DNA of 64,000 bases from Paraspadella gotoi (Eukaryota > Animalia > Chaetognatha): assembly GCA_051294375.1 (NCBI GenBank), contig CM119270.1, positions 13,381,861 through 13,445,860 of the forward strand, read 5' to 3'. The notes below the pieces were generated by a model, which was given only the letters and a program-made list of their open reading frames with translations, did not search any database and was not told the origin of the DNA. This document shows, one piece after another, positions 62,255 to 64,000 of this stretch (position 1 is the stretch's first letter; every line of letters begins with the position of its first letter). Made by a program: the position numbers and the translations under genes.

Positions 62255-63095
62255 TCCGCTGCCACCCCCCCAAACCACAGACCCACTCCTCATTCTCATT
62301 CACGTGACGTAGAAACTCGACGCGATGACGTATTTCAGCATTGAAGAAGGACATCAGCGGGTAGAAAATAAAGGGGAGGGGGGGGGGGCAAGGTGGGAGG
62401 ACCCCATATGGTCCAAGTCCAAGCCCAACGACTCTCATCCAGCGACCCGAAACCAGGCCGCAGGAATAAAACGAAGGGATGAGACGTCACGAAGTCGAGG
62501 GAGAAGAAACAGCGCAGCGAATAAAAGAAGGCGGAACCGAAGACTCATGTGTAGCCGTCGTGCAGGAAGAGAGGAAGCAGCTGAAAATAGAGGCTCTGTC
62601 GACCGGCTCCACAGCAGCGTGTCTGGTCGTAGATCAGCGGACGGCAACGTCGTACGACAAGTTAAGACGGTCGTGTGGCAGGTGATAAGTCGTTTCGAAG
62701 CGATTAATGTAGCCGGTTACGCCCATTACGCGTCGTGAAGGAGTCGCGTTGACATCTCTCTCTTTTTCTTTTTATCGTTCATTGTCCTACTAACTTTTTC
62801 CCCCACTAACCCACGTATAATCTTCCTAGTCTCGAAAACCCGTGAACCATAATTCACACTTAATTCTTCTCACAGTTGCTCGTTGAGCTTGAAGAAGAAA
62901 AACAGAAGCACGCTCAGGACCAGGCGCAGGTAAATAAGCGTCGACGTCAAGTGTAAAATATTAATCTTTTTGAATTTACATCCCGTTGAGAAACATTAAA
63001 TATTAATGGTTTTAATTTAACTTGTGACAAAGGCAAATAATCGAGGAGCGCGGCGGTATGAAAACTGAATGTTTTCTGAGTGAGAGAGAGAAGAG

Positions 63096-63167
<72 letters not shown>

Positions 63168-63561
63168 CTCGAGTAATAATCTCTGGAATTGAAGATAAAT
63201 TTTGTCGGAAAGAGAGAGAGAGAGAAAGAGTAAGAGAGTCGAGTAAATAATCTCTGGAATTGATGATAAACTTTGTCGGAATAATTTCGCTCGCTTTTTC
63301 ATTTCGTTTATCTTTGTTTAAAACCTCCCCCCCTATCCCGACCTCACCTCACCCAAAAAGGGCGACGACGTGACTTACCTCCTGGAAAAGGAGCGGGAAC
63401 GCCTCCGCGGCGACGTGGAGCAAGAAAAGGGAAACGCGAAGAAGATGGAGAAGGAATTCAGGAGAACCTCGGCCGCCCTCGACGAGGAGAGGGAGAGACA
63501 CAAGCAGATCGTCGTCATGCTCGTCAAGGAGAGGAAGAGGATCATCACGAGGCTGATACAG
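49552..63561 (+). CDS. CTTNBP2NL: Cortactin-binding protein 2 family (CTTNBP2/CTTNBP2NL/Nausicaa-like), 5' part; continues beyond the window
   Basis: Exons ~49552-49711 (frame noisy), 50503-50730, 50844-51137, 62876-62929, 63361-63561. Motifs RNPKTDLSKSDLTKLLAYLEGELQAREVVI, DPMDALLRD, LEEEKQKHAQDQAQGDDVTYLLEKERERL..EERERHKQIVVMLVKE match the CortBP2 N-terminal coiled coil. CTTNBP2 and CTTNBP2NL cannot be distinguished from this part. Confidence 0.9.
51672..53335 (-). pseudogene. Frameshifted inverted duplicate of CTTNBP2-family exons 1-3
   Basis: Minus-strand ORF fragments TKLLAYLEGELQAR, NEKTRFLLQSARYYGQPP and MDALLRDG. Confidence 0.75.
54616..55063 (+). repeat. 5' LTR of Gypsy element
   Basis: Begins TGAAGACGCTGTCGGATCAGCG and is colinear with 59121-59582. 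Confidence 0.92.
55214..59110 (+). pseudogene. gag-pol polyprotein of the Gypsy element (Gag, protease, RT, RNase H, integrase), broken by many indels
   Basis: Domain motifs appear in Gypsy order across shifting frames. Confidence 0.85.
59121..59582 (+). repeat. 3' LTR of Gypsy element
   Basis: Directly follows the PPT and ends agtgccctcttt before the TSD. Confidence 0.92.
61435..62064. mobile_element. ~630 bp non-autonomous DNA transposon, hAT-type
   Basis: 8-bp TSD TTATGCAG (61427-61434, 62066-62073); imperfect termini TAAGGCGG... / ...CCGGCCTA; absent from the forward copy, where a single ctgcataa lies at 43118-43125. Confidence 0.75.
62300..62745 (-). pseudogene. Frameshifted inverted duplicate of the large 3' exon of the membrane-protein gene
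   Basis: Minus strand ..DLRPDTLL.. and cctgcacgacggctacacatg match 42520-42904. Confidence 0.75.
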
Positions 63562-64000
63562 GTCGGGTGGGGGAGGTGAAGGGGGGGGGAAAGATGGTCC
63601 GACTGGAGGGATTGGGACGGATGTACACCGAGAGACAGATGGAGACTTATACATATTTAAAGGAAAAATAAATTCAGATGTCGAGGAGAAAAAAGATATT
63701 TAATCAGATAAACAAACTGACAAGATTCAAAGTGAAAAAACATATCGGTGAGAAATAAAGGCATGAACGTACGGAAAGAACAACAAATTGATCGATGCTT
63801 ATTTACGATATAATACAGATAGTCTAAGTCTAATAAATTAGTCAAAATACTGCAGTCTGATCATGATACAGCCGGTTCAATCAGGGACTACAAGGGGAGT
63901 CATTTTTGACTGATACACAAAACTGAAATACTGTCACAAAGACATACCGACAGACGTAACTATCCTCAACCCATCGTCAGCGCCATCTTCAAGCGATTTT

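Larger units (their letters stand above)
51446..62750 (-). repeat. ~11 kb inverted, indel-rich copy of ~42500-51200 lying inside a CTTNBP2-family intron, starting at an N gap
   Basis: Mirror matches: 51672-52300 to exons 50503-51137; 53940-54615 to 48400-49085; 59583-60645 to 47372-48400; 60645-61434 to 43117-43879; 62066-62750 to 42500-43125. Confidence 0.92.

Overview
AT-rich animal (probably invertebrate) genomic DNA with GC-rich exons, short-to-medium introns, many (CT)n/(AAAT)n microsatellites, five N gaps and patchy long-read-type indel errors. Manual splicing, with intron phases checked, gives four + strand genes. (1) A gene of at least 25 exons and over 1500 aa (10593-30899; 5' end unresolved) encoding a PDZ domain, low-complexity linkers and a Roc-COR tandem whose G1/G3/G4 GTPase motifs look degenerate, i.e. 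a candidate pseudo-ROCO. (2) An intronless 5x C2H2 zinc-finger ORF (11939-13375) nested in the intron that splits that PDZ domain. (3) A 13-15 exon multipass membrane protein (36087-42904, possibly to 48075) with an XK/Xkr-like N-terminus, a ~400-aa cytoplasmic insert with ~45 Cys in repeated CxCxxC motifs, and a heavily N-glycosylated loop. (4) The 5' part of a CTTNBP2/CTTNBP2NL-family gene (49552 to beyond 63561). Two large duplications are present: a ~6 kb tandem (2101-8197 / 8224-13992) and an ~11 kb inverted copy (51446-62750 mirroring ~42500-51200). Both look like co-assembled haplotypes. The inverted pair differs by three clean transposon insertions with visible target-site duplications: a CsRn1-like Ty3/Gypsy element, a hAT-type MITE, and a non-autonomous LTR element with non-canonical termini and TQT peptide repeats. 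Also seen: Penelope-type minimal hammerhead ribozyme motifs, foldback hairpins, a 57-bp minisatellite that multiplies a splice donor, and a recurrent G-rich 5' / C-rich 3' intron polarity. All family calls come from motif recognition by eye, not database searches.
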